From the NCBI RefSeq assembly GCF_052425735.1, contig NC_135764.1, positions 7,688,001 through 7,752,000 of the forward strand: a DNA stretch of 64,000 nt, given 5' to 3'. Under the pieces are notes generated by a model. It made no database searches. It was given only the letters and a program-made list of their open reading frames with translations, and was not told the DNA's origin. Below, piece by piece: positions 23,201 through 34,600 of the stretch; position 1 is the stretch's first letter; each line of letters begins with the position of its first letter. The DNA comes from Oculina patagonica (Eukaryota). A program made the position numbers and the translations under genes.

Positions 23201-26200
23201 AGAAACATTATGATTAACGATTACAGTAATGGTGGGCTTAAAATGATTGACCTTTTCTCATTTAATAAATTTTGAAAACTATTTGGATTAAAAAATATCT
23301 TGACAAAACAAACTTAGAAAAGGAAATTTTCTTTGAACGAGAACTTGGAAGATATGGCGGAGAAGCTGTTTTTCTTGGAAATTTAAACAAAACAGATATC
23401 AAGCATCACTTCTCATCTACAAATATCTTCATAATGAAATTTGATGATCTGGGCCGAGGTTAATTACACTGACAATATCTCCTCCTTACAACATTATCAA
23501 TCACAGCCTCTCTGGAATAATTCTCTTACCAGAATAGACAGCAAACCCATCTATTTTCGAGAAGCGCAAATGGAAAATCGACCATTAGGTCTCTCATGAA
23601 AGACGCAAACAAACCTCTCTCCTATGAAGAATTCAGAATAATACGGACTCGAAGCCTGCCCTTTAGCATTCGGGGGGATTATTGCCACGCTGAAGAACCT
23701 AAGAAAACGTTTCAAAGAAAACATAGATAGCCCCGAAAAAGATGAGATTGAACCATTCATTAAAATTTTCCTCAAGGTAAAAAAACCCAGCAACTTAACG
23801 TACAAAATTCATTGCAACTAAAAGCGAAGCACGGAAACTTCTCAGGCGAAAGGCACGAAGATTGCGACTTGGAAAAAGGTGAAATTGACTGGAAAAGAGC
23901 TTTTCAATCTACAAAGATTTGCACAAAAAGTACCAAACTAATAATATTCCAATTTAAATTTCTTCTCGACGTCTACCTACAAACTCCTTTTGTATAAAAT
24001 TAAATCAAAGACAGTGACCGCTGTTCCTTTTGCGAAAAGGAAACAGAAACTTTGCTCCACCTTTTTTGGCATTGCAACCAGACCACTCGTTTTTGGGAAA
24101 GCTTTTTTAAATGGCTTCAGACATCCCTATGTACGCAGAAATGGAATAAATTAGACATGACCATTGCTCTCGGCCTAAAGCCAGACACCTCAAATGCAAA
24201 GTTGCAAATTAATTTCTCTTGTCTGATGAGCAGATATTGTATCTGGGTCTGTAAATTAAAAAACGAAATCCCTAATCTTTCGCACTTCTTGCATCTCATG
24301 AACAAAAGCTATGAAATTGAAAAAAATGATCCTAATTCTTCATCAGAGAAATGGAAACCTCTCCTCGGCCACCTTTCAAATTAAAAATTTATATAAAAAA
24401 AACTGAATCAAATTTAACTTTTCAGTCCTGGTTTGACCCTGTTAGTAGTAATTTTTTTCTTCCGATCTCCTTAATTATACAATATTACTCTCCTAAAAAA
24501 TATTTGTTTAAATGCTACGTGGACTATTTTCTATAGGTATAAGATAGGCTAGTGTTTGTAAGTTCTTTTTTTCTTTTATTTCTAATAAGGTTAACTTACA
24601 TTGTATTGTACTGTAGTTCGTAATGTATTGTTAGTTTTTTTTTTTGTGCAAATAATATCTGTAAGTAGTGTAATAATAACGCTGTTAATGTAATGTTTGT
24701 AAATGTGTGAGCAATCAATAAAAAAAAAAAAAATTTAAAAAAAAAAAAAAAAAAAGACCCCACCCCCTCAGAAATCTCAATGACCTTTCATGGGGTGGAA
24801 CCACACAATGTCATGACTACAACACACTAGTCACTTTTAATGCAATTCCTAAACAATTCAAGAAAACAGTCAACCTGACAGCAATATAACCACCAGACTT
24901 ATTTGCGTTAGAGCCACACTCATTGAGGGGTTAACATTTGAGTGTCAAAATAAAATCACATTTGCTTTGGTTTTAAATTACCATGTTCAGCAATTGGTTT
25001 CAAAATCTTGCTCCACTTTCCCAACTAATCAAAAGAAACCAAAACCAATCGCAAATCCCTCCGTCACAAGTTTTCCCCCACTTTGTACTGGCCACATGTA
25101 TTTGCTTATCAAGTTTTGATTGATTCACTGGATTGCTCTTGTGACTGGACAGAGTGATAACTTTGCTTTGGTTTTAGAGCAGTTTTCACTTAAGTGTCGA
25201 AAGTAATTTGCGTTTGCATTGGTTTTGCATAAGTATGTTCAGTGATAGGTTAAATACATTTGCGCCACTTTCTCAGCCAATCAGAATCAATCGTGACTCG
25301 CTCGCGCACGATTCCGTGCTTCGTGCTGGCTCCATGTACTTGCTTCAAAATTTGATTGCTTTACTGGATTGTGTGCATCGTTTGTGATTGGCTTGAGTGA
25401 TTACTTAATTGTGATTTGTGATTACTCAATTGAAATCCGCTCTTATTTACTTCCATACCTGTTCTGCAAGTATGATGATGGAAGACGCGGGCGGCAAGTT
25501 GTGCTGGCACACCTCCTGGACTGGAAATATTGCGAAAATGACCATGTAGATTATGTACAAAAGTAGCCAGACTACATCTGGAAGGGGAAGCCAAGAATGT
25601 CTGTTTGTGTGCCAAGCGGTGAAAATTGGAAACGCGGACATAGCCATAGCCTTCATTACCAGCCATATGCTGACCACAGTGGAAGGTTTGCCAAATGCCC
25701 ATGTTAGAATTGATAAATCAAGCCAAAGCCTGTAAACGAAATAGAAGTTGATAATATTGATTTCACACTTTTGTAGTACCAACATGTTAGTACTGAGGAA
25801 ATACCGTCAACATTTCCTCTCTCACAACCATTTTTTCTAGACAAAAACCAACACTTCTAAATTCCAATTTGATTGGGAATCCAAGGGCCACAGGTTTGTC
25901 AGTTGAAAGACTGTTATGTGCAACCCTCGTAAAACAAAGAACTTTGGTTTATTGATTTTTATTTATTTAGACAATGTTTGAGATCTGTTTATCAACACTG
26001 ACCTCCATGGTATTGATGTGTCGCTTTACCAAGCTAGCTATAAGCCATCAGTATCATAGGGGTGGTAAGTTCAAATCCCTAAATTAAAAATGTCCCGTTT
26101 CGCTGTTTTATCAGACTTCCCGTCCCTGTTGGTAGTTGAATTAAAGGAAAATTGCTTGTCCTTGTCGGAATTTAGATTTTCAAAAATAGTTTTTTGTCGC

Positions 26201-29200
26201 TACTTTTTAGGTAGTGTCGCTTGTCAGAATTTACCCTAGCAGGGCCTCATTATAGCCTTAAGAGTCCTTTTCAGGAAAAAGAGCAGTGAGTGCTGAAATT
26301 ACCCACACACCATGTAGATAGTTTCATTGATCTCACATTTCAACTGCTGATCACACAGTTTTAAGTCTTTCAGTGGCTTACGTGTAAAAGTCATTAATCA
26401 TCTCCTTTATAAGTCTTATAAGTCAGATAGCAGAAGCAGAATCCACGATATTGGCCTACTCCCAGTATTAAGGCACTATAGCTCAGTTGGTAGAGTAAGG
26501 CAGCAATATCACAGAGGTCATGGGTTTGCCTCCTGTTGTCACTTTGAATTTTTTTCAAATCCAAGCTAGAAGTACATGTAACTGAATTCAGTTTCTTACA
26601 TTCTACATAATTCATTCCATCATGAATTCCAGCATTGCATTTATGTCAAAAATACCCACAAAAAGCCACTAGTCTTTACCCTAAAGGAAAACCTAATCCA
26701 CCACTATCCTATTATCCCCATTCTTTCAACATTATTTTTATCTCTTTGATTGAAACTAACACTGAGTTAAGATCGAAAAGCTTACCTTCCTGAATCAATG
26801 TAGTCATAGACTACAGTATTTATAATGAACACTATGAGTAGAGCTACAAAGATGTTGTAGATTGTTTTGATGTGGTTGACTTCAAGAAGTTCCCTAAAGG
26901 ACAGAAAATAAAACCTTGCTGCAGTGAATACTTCAACATACATGTACATGTACACCACAACTGCTCAGATTTGAACAAGTTATAGTTAAGTCATGTACTT
27001 ACGTCAGTACTGATTGTCGTGCAACAAACACTTTATTTCCATTCAGTTTGTCTCTGAAAAAATAATTAAGGGAGTATTACTAATACAGTCGAAGCTCTCG
27101 TAAGCGGACACCCCCGGGACGCAAAAAATTTGTCCCCACGGGGGCCCTAGAAGATTGGTTTTTTTTGGAAGTAAAAAGAGTTTAAAAAGGGGGGCCGAGT
27201 ATTTTGTGTCCTAAGAGGTTTACATCTTACTCTAGAGAAATAAAAACAATTTATAATCACAGGTCAGGACCTGACAAATATAGGGATGCAGAGCTGTGCT
27301 CTAGCAGAGCCCAGGTGCCACAGGCGACTTAATTTTGCCTTTGGGTGACTTGTATAACTTTACTATCATGAAAGCTATTAAGATCTGGGCACCCATGATT
27401 TCTTATAATTTTATTTTGAGGGCCTTCGGGCAACTTGCAATTATTCTTAGAGCCTGCAGCCTCACAAGACTGACCAGTTAGTAAAGATGAAGAGGTCTTT
27501 GAATTCCATCCTTTGTTTTTTGTCACACACTACATGCCTCATTTGATGCAGTTTTACCGTAATCTCCAAAATTATGGTCACCAAATCTTTTCGATTATTG
27601 CACAGGTCAGTAGATTATAAATTGCATCTTGTTTTGTTTGTGTTTAGTCCAAAATAACTTAATATATTTTTGGCATAAATTCCAACAAATTATTCATTCA
27701 CCACTTTCTACCACAATGTGAATGTTTACTATCTTTATGCAAATGCTTAGGATCAATGGAAAACATAAAAACATCTGTAGTTAATAATAAAGATTGTTAT
27801 TATTTGAGTCATTAGAGGTATTTCTATGCTTCACTAATCAGTAAGTGCTTTATTTATCATTGTCATACGACAAAACTTTATGGCATTTCAATTTAACAAC
27901 AGTGATGTCAGCAATAGGTATGTTTATCTGAGGCATGCGGAAATAACCAAAACTTGTTTATTACGTAAATAAATCAAACAAAAAATGCCTGATATTATAA
28001 ATTACATATACTATTTAAAAAGTCAACTATTACAGATTGAGTTATTTCACATCAGTTGTGATTTACAATGCTGTATCTTGCAACCTGCTTGTTCTTTTAT
28101 CATAAAGGATTAGAAAATGTATAATTGTAAAAATAATACAAATAACCACACCAGAAGGCCTAGGATATCAGAGATACTTTGATAAGTATTTAGCTTATTA
28201 ACATAATTGGTCATTGGCCAATCTATGTTTCTTTTGAGTTATTCTACAGTTTTAAGCCATTATTGTGATATTTTGAAGTTAATTCTATGACCAGTTGGTC
28301 AGTACCGAAATTGCGTAAAAATTGCCGGACAAAGCCCCTTTAAGTCAGGTAGATTTGAACAACACCACTGTACATACTGAAGTCAATCGACATAAAATTC
28401 ATGAATAAATATAAAACTTGAATGATCCTTTTTCACAAAACAAAACTTTATCTTTATCAAAATCATAATAAAACCTCTCATATTTAGCCACATTGGTGAA
28501 GAGGTACTGTTTTCAACCCACAAAACTCATTCTATTCATTTTACTAATGCTATTATTCATTATCTTTTTGGAAAGCACAATTAGTTATAACCGGTATTAT
28601 TAGAGCCATCAGAGGTATTCCCATGCTTGACTAAGCGGCAAGTGTTTTGTTGATCATATGTTTATCCATGGCATGCCGGCCGGCATGCTGTTCAAAATAA
28701 CCAAAACTTGTTTACTTGGTAATATGGAAATAAATCAAAGACAATCTAAAATATTGCCTGGTATTTTAAATAAATGACTGATACATTTCAAAAGTCAACT
28801 GTTACAAAAATTATATGACATCTGTTTCTGATTTACAAACACTGCATTTTATAACCTGCTTGTAATTTTATCAAAATGGATACGAAAATGTGTAATTTTA
28901 AAAATGATTCAAAAAGACACAATTGAAGGCCTAGGATATTAGAGATACTTAGATAAGTATTTAGCTTATTAACATAATTAGTCATTAATATTAAACAACA
29001 CTTTTCATGACATTTGCCATGAATCACAGCAAGAGGAAGATGTAGTTTGTCCTACTACAAATGAAACGACCAAACATTTTAATGACGAAATATCACAATT
29101 AAAAAAAAATCATATAATACAAATGAAATAGATTTAATAAGGGGTTCCAATTCATTAAGAGGTCAAAATTAAAGATATTTATCGCAATTATTAAATTCTT

Positions 29201-30368
29201 GACAGGTGGATCGAAATTCATGAGATCTAAAACAAATTGTCCTAAAAGGCTTAAACTTCTACCAGAAGCATAAAATAACATTAAAACTAAGAAATTAAAG
29301 ACGACGCTTCGCCAAAGGATTTGAAAAACAGGAATTGCGTGATCAAGGCCGATCAAATTACGTGAAACCAGCTGTGACGTAAAATATTCTTCCGTTTCGC
29401 GTATGAGTGGGTTCTGCTCTCTATTCAACACGATACCATCGAGCAAAATGATAGAAAACTTGACTACACTGTTTGATTGATAATTTGTAATTACATCACC
29501 CTAGGTGTCAAGTATTTAAAATAAACTTTTTATCGCTTCAGATCGATTTTCGTTTGTGTATTCTAACTCCCGCGAACATCACGTGCGAGCACAATTAGAG
29601 TGAAAATTACATTCGACCCCACTGTGTAGCGAACAAGGGTCGATTGCAGACTGCGAGAGGTTTCGCTTGAAGTAGTAATTTAGCCGTACAAGGCAAATTT
29701 AACATATTTCAAGAGCCGCTTTACAAGATGTAGTCGATTAATTAAGGATGACAGATTAGTAAGCTTACTTAGAACTTACTTAGAGTATGAGTGATCTGTT
29801 CTCGGTTCTATACTATCCACATCGTGTAAAACATCGTCAAGCAGTTCGTTCAGTTGACCGTCAATTTGTTCCACCAACTCTGTTCTCAGTTGCTGGACGA
29901 AAAGAAAAAATAAATGAATGAATAAAACATCAAAAAATAAATCTCTGACACGAGTTTTAATACTGTGATGACTGTGTGTAATGAACAAGGAAAATTAAAA
30001 ATGAATGAAGTTTGACGTTTTGCGAAGAGCCATAGTCTGGACAGCCAGCGTAGGATAAATAAAATAACCGCTTTTTTCAATTGCTGGTCGATACAATAGT
30101 TAACTTTTAAATTAAGCGTTTCAATTTGAAGTTTAGGTTCCGTGTACGGGTATATGTACCTCTGCCCTTTGGCGAACTTCTTGGGCGCGAGCTCGTCCCA
30201 TTTCGTGCTTCTTGTCGAAGAAATTGGCCCCTAAAAAGAGACAAAACTCTGTCAGCTCGGTCCAAATACTTCTTAACATCAATGCTGTTCTGTTTACAAA
30301 GACAAATCACCCCCATTTCTTTCGTGAGGTAGATTTCTCCTTCGTGCAGTCGTCGACGCTGCCATCAT
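10975..30368 (-). CDS. SOAT1: Sterol O-acyltransferase (acyl-CoA:cholesterol acyltransferase, MBOAT family), ~552 aa
   Basis: 14 minus-strand exons: 30368-30311, 30230-30160, 29892-29780, 27053-27003, 26893-26786, 25729-25459, 18987-18912, 18823-18643, 15966-15829, 15321-15186, 14592-14494, 12532-12403, 12032-11881, 11049-10975(TGA); 1659 nt, in frame. Motifs: [84 protein letters not shown] (catalytic His), WNVFMW, LYSQEW, PRSW. Confidence 0.95.
12619..13034. mobile_element. Tc1/mariner-pogo (Tigger-like) MITE
   Basis: TIR CAGTCAACTCT / AGAGTTGACTG followed by TA; internal repeats of CTCTAAGACGGACA. Confidence 0.7.
13149..13700. mobile_element. TTAA-flanked foldback element (Kolobok-like non-autonomous)
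   Basis: TTAA|AGTGCTACTATGATCAAATT..AATTTGATCATAGTGACACT|TTAA; nearly the whole element is an imperfect palindrome (~265-bp arms). Confidence 0.8.
13716..14478. mobile_element. Degenerate, probably nested TTAA/Kolobok-like elements
   Basis: Ends GGGGGCCACGTCACGG and AAGGGACTATGTCACGG versus CCGTGACACGGTCC and TGTGACAAAGTCCCTT. Confidence 0.45.
14924..14980. repeat. (CAT)n microsatellite
   Basis: Direct reading. Confidence 0.9.
16672..17623. mobile_element. hAT-like non-autonomous transposon, copy A (~950 bp), nested in an older TIR element (~16481-17703)
   Basis: TIR CAGGGTCCGAAATT / AATTTCGGACCCTG; 8-bp TSD GGTATACC; subterminal TGGCGAC/GTCGCCA repeats. Confidence 0.9.
17911..18338. mobile_element. 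Near-perfect palindromic (foldback) element
   Basis: CAGGTCTGTTTCGTAGACCAAC..GTTGGTCTACGAAACAGACCTG; ~190-bp arms with few mismatches and a ~40-bp loop; AT-rich flanks. Confidence 0.85.
19366..20290 (+). pseudogene. LINE ORF1 (L1-type RNA-binding protein), frameshifted
   Basis: ORF 19366-20061, continuing in another frame ([38 protein letters not shown]). Confidence 0.8.
20698..24384 (+). pseudogene. LINE ORF2 (endonuclease-reverse transcriptase), multiply frameshifted
   Basis: ORF fragments 20825, 21212, 21498-22445, 22496, 22863, 23272, 23812 and 24052-24384 are collinear pieces of an EN-RT-Zn finger polyprotein. Confidence 0.88.
26472..26560 (+). mobile_element. tRNA-derived SINE head (degenerate)
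   Basis: A-box TAGCTCAGTTGGTAGAG, degenerate B-box GGTTTGCCTCC, then GAATTTTTT; no acceptor stem. Confidence 0.55.
27810..28986. repeat. Degenerate ~400-bp direct duplication (27810-28215 / 28607-28986)
   Basis: Shared blocks such as AAATAACCAAAACTTGTTTA, AAAAGTCAACT and GAAGGCCTAGGATAT..GATAAGTATTTAGCTTATTAACATAATT. Confidence 0.75.
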
Positions 30369-31600
30369 GTAATCCCTTACTTAGACTGATTTTTTTCGCC
30401 TTGGTGACCACGCATAATAGCTGGCCGAGAAGGAAGAGAAACCAGTTTAGTTCCGTCATGCACTCAGTCACGCTGACACGGAAACCAAACGTCATGCTTT
30501 CGGGCATACGGTATGCGATTAGTTTAACGAAAAAAAAAATACGGGAAGATGCGAATGATAGAGTTTTAACACACGAAAATTTCCACATGATGAAAAACAT
30601 TAGCAACTACCTCATGCATCTTTTCCAAAAATTTGTCTGCGAACGCCAGGCCGATTTCAGCCGGAAATCCGTCTGGTTCAGCACCCCTGACCCCCATGAT
30701 CACCTCTCCTTACTGGGAGCAGGTGCTTGCGAGACCTAAAAATCTAAGCGTATATATGGTCGCGATCGGCGTTTAAGACTTCGATTTGACGGTAGTCTGG
30801 TTCAGCAATATAAAAACAATCAAAATAAATTAAATACTTCTTGAGTTGTAACTACAACAGCTCAGAGATAATAAATAGTCCATTAAAAGCCTGGTACAAT
30901 GTTTGTCACGATATATTAACATGCTTCAGCGTGAATTAGATAATATATTTTTTAGTTCGAAGTCTTGTAAAATCAAAAGTCTCGACTGTTAATTTTCTTT
31001 CAAAACTATACAGTATGTCGATGCAATTAGGAATGGCCTAATTGTTTTTTGTTGGTCGCACAATGAGAGAATTTGAATTCCTCAAATTACACTTGACCCA
31101 ACCGAGAAAAATCTACCATAAACAAAATTATCATCAAAGATACCCGAAGGTCGACCCTGGGGGATGGTCACCGCTGCTCTAGTGAAAAACAATGAAATTT
31201 TGACCGGGTAAGTGCGCAACTTAAAAAGTATAAAGTTACCTTTTTACAAGTTTCCTAGAAATGCCAGAAATGAGCTTTCCATGTTTTTGACTTCCGTCGC
31301 AGCCACGTTGAAGCAATTACTGTAATAACCTCTGCACTTTAGCTCGTGACTAACTCGTGTTACAATTGACTGTCACATGGCAGTGGATACATTAATCCAG
31401 ATTAAAATCCATGCATTCCATTGAATCATAGTTACAGCCTTGAGAGCGCGCGGTGTTGTGTTCATTTCACGCACTAATTGGTCCATGCACATAGCGTGAC
31501 CTCACTAATTGAATTGTCTCACGCAATTATAAACAACGGCGCATTCAAGTAGAATATAAACAGCGAAAACTTCCTCAATGAACTCGTGAAAGGAGAAGCG

Positions 31601-34600
31601 ATGGATGTCTTACCTAGCAGCCGTTTCCTCGGCCTCGTAGCGTTTGGCTGCGGGGCATATGTAGCGAGGGAATTGTGCGTAATGTATCTTGTGAAGCCGT
31701 GGAAAAGGGAAGAAAATGGTTATGAAAGACCGCCTCCTCGAGGAAACTTCCCCGACTTACGCCTGCATAACAACCTGATGGCGAATCATCTTACACCCGA
31801 TCTGTACGAATCGCTAAGGTAAAATTGCTGCATATAGAGAAGTAATAAGGAACTAGTTATTGCTAGTATGCGTTTCGAGCTGTTCAGTGTTTATTTGGAA
31901 TATTGTCAAAAAAGTTAACTTTGCCCTTTAATTTCTATTATTGGATGATATCAAATTCAAAGCATTGGCAGGCAGGCAGGCGAGAAAAAATAAGAAATAT
32001 GGCAAATGGAAGATATATTTTTGATGAAATTCTAAGAACTAAAATTGAAACAATTTTTACTGTTAAGTGTCGTTTTCTATGTGAAGCATCACGTCTCTAT
32101 GGCCTACTTAGTAAAGTAGTTTTAATTAATTGGTCGATATTGATATTGCATTATACATTTTACTTTTTATATTCGCTTCATGCCGTCTTGGTAACGTTAA
32201 AATATGGTTCTGCTCATGCAGTTCTGCACATCGATTTTGAATAAGTTAAAATTTCACTAAATTGATTAAAAAATGACAAAAAAGGCAAAATTAAAAGCGT
32301 GTTAGAACAGATCTTAAAAATTATCATATGGCACAAATACGTCTTCGTTTCCTTTGAAAACTGAAAGTTTCTAGTTTAATTTCGGTTTTGTGTTCGTTAG
32401 TATTCGCGTTATAAAAAAGAGCAAAGAAAAAAGCTTTAAATTATAATTGTTTTTCATTTTCTGGAAAACAACTGACAATTTTTTTTCGAAAGTTTCCTCC
32501 ATAAAAACGAAAGGTAGGTTGGCAACCGGAACAAAAATCCATCTGATATGACGCTTTCAGTTTAAGTGTTTTGGTATGAAGCGGAAAACATTTTCAATTC
32601 GTTGAGAAACAAAACTATCTGCTGTAAAGAATAATTAAGTCACAAGCACTTCAAAAATACGCGCAGGAAGTTAAAAAGGTCCGCTTGACAAATACTATTA
32701 ATACTTTTGGGGCTTCGTAACTATGTTTAAAAATCCACATTCTTTGTTTATTATAGATATTGTTCCTCGATATAAAACATTTTCTTTTTTAAATTTATCC
32801 TTTGTGACAAACAAAAGAAAAACCGAGTAGAAAATATTCAGAATAGCTTGGCCTACATAAAAACGTAGCAATCATAGCAATAAAACACTCGCGACTGAAA
32901 AAGTCACAAAATGAGTATTCTCAAATACTCTGTAATGACATTTTAAAGTAACACTAATGTTTGAATCTCTAATAAACCATTTCCAAGATTTTAAACATAA
33001 CTTTGTTTTTAACTCTTTAAAAAATACAACCGTGAGGAGTGAGCATTAAAATGTCGTTTTTCATCCATTTCTCTGATTTTAAAAATCTGAACATGAAGGC
33101 AACTGACCACTTCCAGCGGTTTCACTCTTGACCAAGCCATTCAAGTCGGCGTGGACAACCCGGGGGTGCCATGGCAACGCTCATCCGGGATCATAGCAGG
33201 AGACAGAGAGTCATACGAAGTGTTTGCGCCTTTGTTTGACGCAATTATTGAGGAATATCATGGACACAGGAAAAATGATTTTCACCCGAGAGACATGGAC
33301 AGTCGAAAAATTATCGATGGTAAACTGAAAAGCGAATACGTTTTGTCATGTCGGTTGCACACGCGACGCTCCATCCGGGGATATTGTTTGCCAGCAGCAT
33401 GCTCCCGGGGCGCTAGAAGGAACCTGGAGGGCCTCATTCGTATGGTGTTCATGCGACTGGGAGGTGAGTGGAGTCAAGGTGAGGGACATTAACAGGGTGT
33501 TTTTATGTAAGACTAAGAAAGGAGTACCTTGTAAAAGGAGCTTTGTGAATAATCGGCAAGAATTTATTACCTGAAACAACCCAATAAATATTACAAAATA
33601 TTGATAGTGTTACTCGATGAAATTAATGTTCTTGGTTATTTCCAGAAAATTATACAAAACTATTGCATTCCGATCAAGCTTGCGAATTGGTTAGAAACGC
33701 CAGGGTAGTCATTCCAAGATAGACGTATAATTTAGGATGGATCTTTAAATAAGTTAAACTTACTAAAGTCAAAATAGGTTTCCTGAAAACACTTTAGGTG
33801 TTTTACTATCTCTTTAATTTGCTACATGGGGCCCCGCTGTGATAATTCCATTTTCTTTTATCCAGTAGTCCATTCATATTTCTCTTTATTTTTTTATATG
33901 TCGGCTGTTTTATATGTCAGAAAGTATATGTCCAGCAAATGTAAATATGTTCGATTCTAAGACATAATATGACACCGTGAGTTTCCAAACTTGCCTTTGT
34001 TGTTGCATTTTCTTTTGTAGGTGAGTTTGAAGGTGAATACAAACCCATATCCGAGTTTACAGATAGAAGACTCAGTGTATTTAATGTTTCATCGCAACCC
34101 ACGTCACCACTGATCACGTGCTCAGGGCGTGCTCGTGACTGGCCAGAGTCACGTGGTATATTCCGCAATAAAGACAATACGTTCGTTGTGTTTGTCAATG
34201 AAGACGATCACGTGCAATTCAGGTGCTTTGACAAAGGAGGCAACTTGCAAGGTGTGTTTGATAAGTTGGTCAGGGGAATGGCCGCGTTTGAGCGAGAGCT
34301 GAAGAAGTCTGGGGAAGAGTTCATGTGGGACGATCACCTTGGTTACATAGTGTCGGATCCAATCTATCTCGGCACAGCGCTTGACGTCAGAGTGCGAGTT
34401 AAACTTCATCACCTTTCCACGGTAAGAAGTCGTGCTGTTCTACATGCAACGTCTGTTACAGTTTGATAGCAACATGTCTGGTGGGCCGCGTGTCTATAGT
34501 GCGCATTCATTGAAAGTATGACTAATTGTCCAGGTACAGGTCTCCCCTGGAGAATTAGTCATACTTTCAAAAATGGCATTCAATACAAAATAAACCAGGA

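Larger units (their letters stand above)
19277..24755 (+). mobile_element. Full-length non-LTR retrotransposon (L1/Tx1 clade) in SOAT1 intron 6, antisense to host
   Basis: ORF1 ~19366-20290 (coiled coil, then [18 protein letters not shown]). ORF2 ~20698-24384: APE endonuclease ([24 protein letters not shown]), RT ([45 protein letters not shown] at 22741) and C-terminal C-x2-C..H..C ([18 protein letters not shown]). T-rich 3' UTR, AATAAA and poly(A). Flanking AAGACCCC duplication. Many frameshifts. Confidence 0.93.
19134..24810. mobile_element. Short MITE-like repeat split by the LINE insertion
   Basis: Left end AATGTGTTGTTCCA.. and right end ..TGGAACCACACAAT are inverted repeats; the internal sequence resumes (GACCCCACCCCC) right after the LINE poly(A). 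Confidence 0.65.

Noticed and set aside
26472-26560. Possible tRNA gene
   Set aside because: Good A-box but broken B-box/T-arm and no acceptor stem; treated as a SINE remnant.
29099-29446. 115-aa minus-strand ORF, faintly like a LINE 3' end
   Set aside because: Intronic, with similarity too weak to call.
30212-30739. 175-aa plus-strand ORF
   Set aside because: Antisense to SOAT1 exons 1-2 and its promoter; no motifs.
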